Assembly: GCF_018350175.1 (NCBI RefSeq)
Contig: NC_058383.1
Location: 13,270,001 to 13,334,000 of the forward strand
From: Felis catus
Taxonomy: Eukaryota
Reading direction: 5' to 3'
DNA length: 64,000 nucleotides
Each line of letters begins with the position of its first letter. Position 1 is the stretch's first letter. Shown in pieces: positions 61,457 to 64,000 of this stretch. The translations under genes and the position numbers were made by a program. Below the pieces are notes generated by a model. That model was not told the DNA's origin. It searched no databases and saw only the letters and a program-made list of their open reading frames with translations.

Positions 61457-64000
61457 TTTAATAAACTTCACTTTTTAGCACAAAGATTTACAGAAAAACT
61501 GAACTGAAAGTACAGAGTGTTGCTGTTACCTGTGGCTCACATATATCCGCCAATGACGTCCCGCACCGTGGGGTACATTTGTTATAATTGATGAACCTAC
61601 GCTGGTACATCATTATCACCCAAAGCCCATGGTTTACGTTAAGGTTCACGCTTCGTGTTGCACACTTTCTAGGTTTTGACAAACGACATGTATCCACCAT
61701 GATACTAACATACCAAGTAGTCTCACTGCCCTAAAAATCCTCCTTGTTCCACCTACTTACATCCCTCTCTTCCCATTAACCCCTGGCAACCAGTATCTCC
61801 ACATTTCTACTGTCTTCATCGTTTGCCTTTTTCAGAATGCCATATAGTTGGAAATGATACAGTCTGTAGATTTTTCAGATTGGTTTTCTTCACTTAGTGA
61901 CGTGAATTTCAGGTTCCTCCAGGTCTTTTTATGGCCTGATATCTCTTTTTTTCCCTCAGTGCTTAATAATCATACATTGTTTGGATGTTCACAGTTCATA
62001 TATCTGTTCAACTGCTAAAGGGCATCTTGGTTGCTTTCAAAGTTTAGCTATTATAAATAAAGGTGTGATAACATCTGTCCTAGGTTTTGGTGTAGACATA
62101 AGCTTTCAACTCATTTGCATAAATACCAAGGAGCACAATTTCCAGATCTTATGGTTGACAGTATGCTTAGTTTTGGAGAAACTGCCAAACTGTCTTCCAA
62201 AGTGGCTGTACCACTTTGCATTCCCATTAGCAGTGAATGACATTTCCTTCGGCTCTTTTGTCCTTGCCAGCTTCGGCATTGTCAGTGTTGCGGAATTTTA
62301 CACTGTAATAGATGTGTAGTAGTATCTGGCTGTTGTAACATGCAATTTTCTAATGACATAATGTTGCACATCTTCTGGTGTACTTCCTTGCCATGTGTAT
62401 ATCTTCTTTGGTGACGTGTCCTGTTCAGGCCTCTTGCCTATCTGTTAATGAAGCTTGTCATGTTCTTTTTATTGAGTTTTCTGAGTTTTGTTACATAGTT
62501 TGCATAACAAGCTATGGTCAGTTATGTCTTCTCCAAATATTTTCTCCCAGCCTGTGGTTTGTCTTCTCATTCTCCTGACATTATCTTTCACAGAACAGAA
62601 ATTTTTCCTTTTAATGAAGTTAAGCTTATCAGTTACTTAGTTCATGTGTTGTGCCTTAGGTGTTGTATCTAAAAAGTCGTTGCTGTGCCCAAGCTTAGAT
62701 AGGTTTTCTCCTCTGTTATCTTTCAGGAATGTTAATAGTTTTATATTTTGTATTTTTGTCTTTGATATTTTTGAGTCAATTTTTGTGTGGGGTGTCAGGT
62801 CTGGGTTTAGACTCCTTGTGTTTTTCTTTTTTGTGTGTGAATGTCCAGTTGTCCCACCACCATTTGGCAAAAAGACTTGTCTTTGCTCCATCGTATTTCC
62901 TTTGCTCCTTTGTCAAAGATCAGTTGACTACATTTACATCTATTTCTGAGCTATTCTGTCGCAGTGGTCTGTTTGTCTCTTTTGTCACTAATACCATGGT
63001 GTCTCAGTTGCTGTAGATAAATAATAAGTGCATTAGTCGACATTTATTCTTAATAAGTCTAGAAGTTGAGTTATGTCAGTTCTTCAGCTTTGCTCTTCTA
63101 ACATTGACTTAGCTATTCTAAGACCCAGAGGTCTTTTGTCTCTCTCTATAAACTTTAGAATCAGTTTGTCGAGATGCATAAAATATCTTGCTGGGATTTT
63201 GATTGGAAGTCAATTGAATCTGTAGATCAAGCTGGGAAGAAATGACATCTGGACCATATTGAGTCATCTTATTCGTGAACATGGAATATCTCTCCATAAA
63301 TTTAATTCTTCTTTGGTCCCCTTTATGAGAACTTTGTAATTTCCACACATAAATTTTGTACAGGTTATAAGTTATACATCTTGTTAGATTCATAACTAAA
63401 TATTTCATTTGGGGGGTGCTTATGTCAGTGATAATATCTTAATTACAAATACCAACTTATTCATTGCTGGTATATAGGAAAGCAATTGATTTTTGTAATA
63501 TTAACCTTGTATCTTGCAACCTTGCTCTAATCACTTATTAGTTCTAGGAATGTCTTTTGGATTTTTTACATTGGTGATCATATCATCTGAAAACAAAAAC
63601 ACATGTATTTTTTCCTTCTCATGTGTATACCTGTTATTTCCTTTTTTTATCTTATAGCATTAGCTAGGACTTCCAGTATGATGTTGAAAAGGAATTCTGA
63701 GGGGAAATATCCTTGCCTTGCTATTAAGCTAACACCAGAAACCTTTGAGAATTTTATTATTAATTATGATATTAACTGTAGATATTTTGTTGATATTCTT
63801 TTCAAGGTGAGGAAGATCCTTTTTATTCCTAGTTTGCTGAGAACTTTTATCATGAATTGGTATTGGATTTTGACAACAGCTTTTTTTCTGCATCTATTAA
63901 TATAATCACATGATTTTTCTTCTTTAACCCTTCTGATATGATAGATTACATTCATAGATATTCAAATGTTGAACCATCCTTGCTTTTCTGGCAGAAATAC
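61457..64000 (-). mobile_element. Old L1 (L1MC1/2-like), 3' end and ORF2 remnant, running off the window
   Basis: ggtacatttgttataattgatgaacctac...catcattatcacccaaagcccatggtttac 3' UTR, then antisense ORF2-like sequence with stops and frameshifts. Confidence 0.88.

Overview
64 kb of AT-rich mammalian genomic DNA from a felid (cat family), judged from many felid-type Can-SINEs and a felid-type L1 3' end. The window lies inside AUTS2 on the + strand. It holds the end of intron 2, the 102-nt coding exon 3 (34012-34113, [10 protein letters not shown]...RERLSD), the ~14.9-kb intron 3, the 36-nt coding exon 4 (49028-49063, SSAPSSLGTGYF) and the start of intron 4. The gene call comes from recognising the peptides by memory and from canonical splice sites; no database search was run. 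The rest is intronic: Can-SINEs, old and young L1 fragments, L2, MIR, MaLR/ERVL solo LTRs, hAT DNA-transposon relics, microsatellites and several repeat-free, motif-rich blocks that look like conserved non-coding elements. None of the supplied ORFs is a credible independent gene. I see no new multi-gene system. The most interesting observation is a (TG)n(CG)n microsatellite just upstream of exon 3 that sits exactly between a splice acceptor and a donor, forming a potential 63-nt in-frame cryptic exon whose frame would depend on repeat length. Repeat subfamily names are by-eye assignments, and boundaries of old repeats are approximate.
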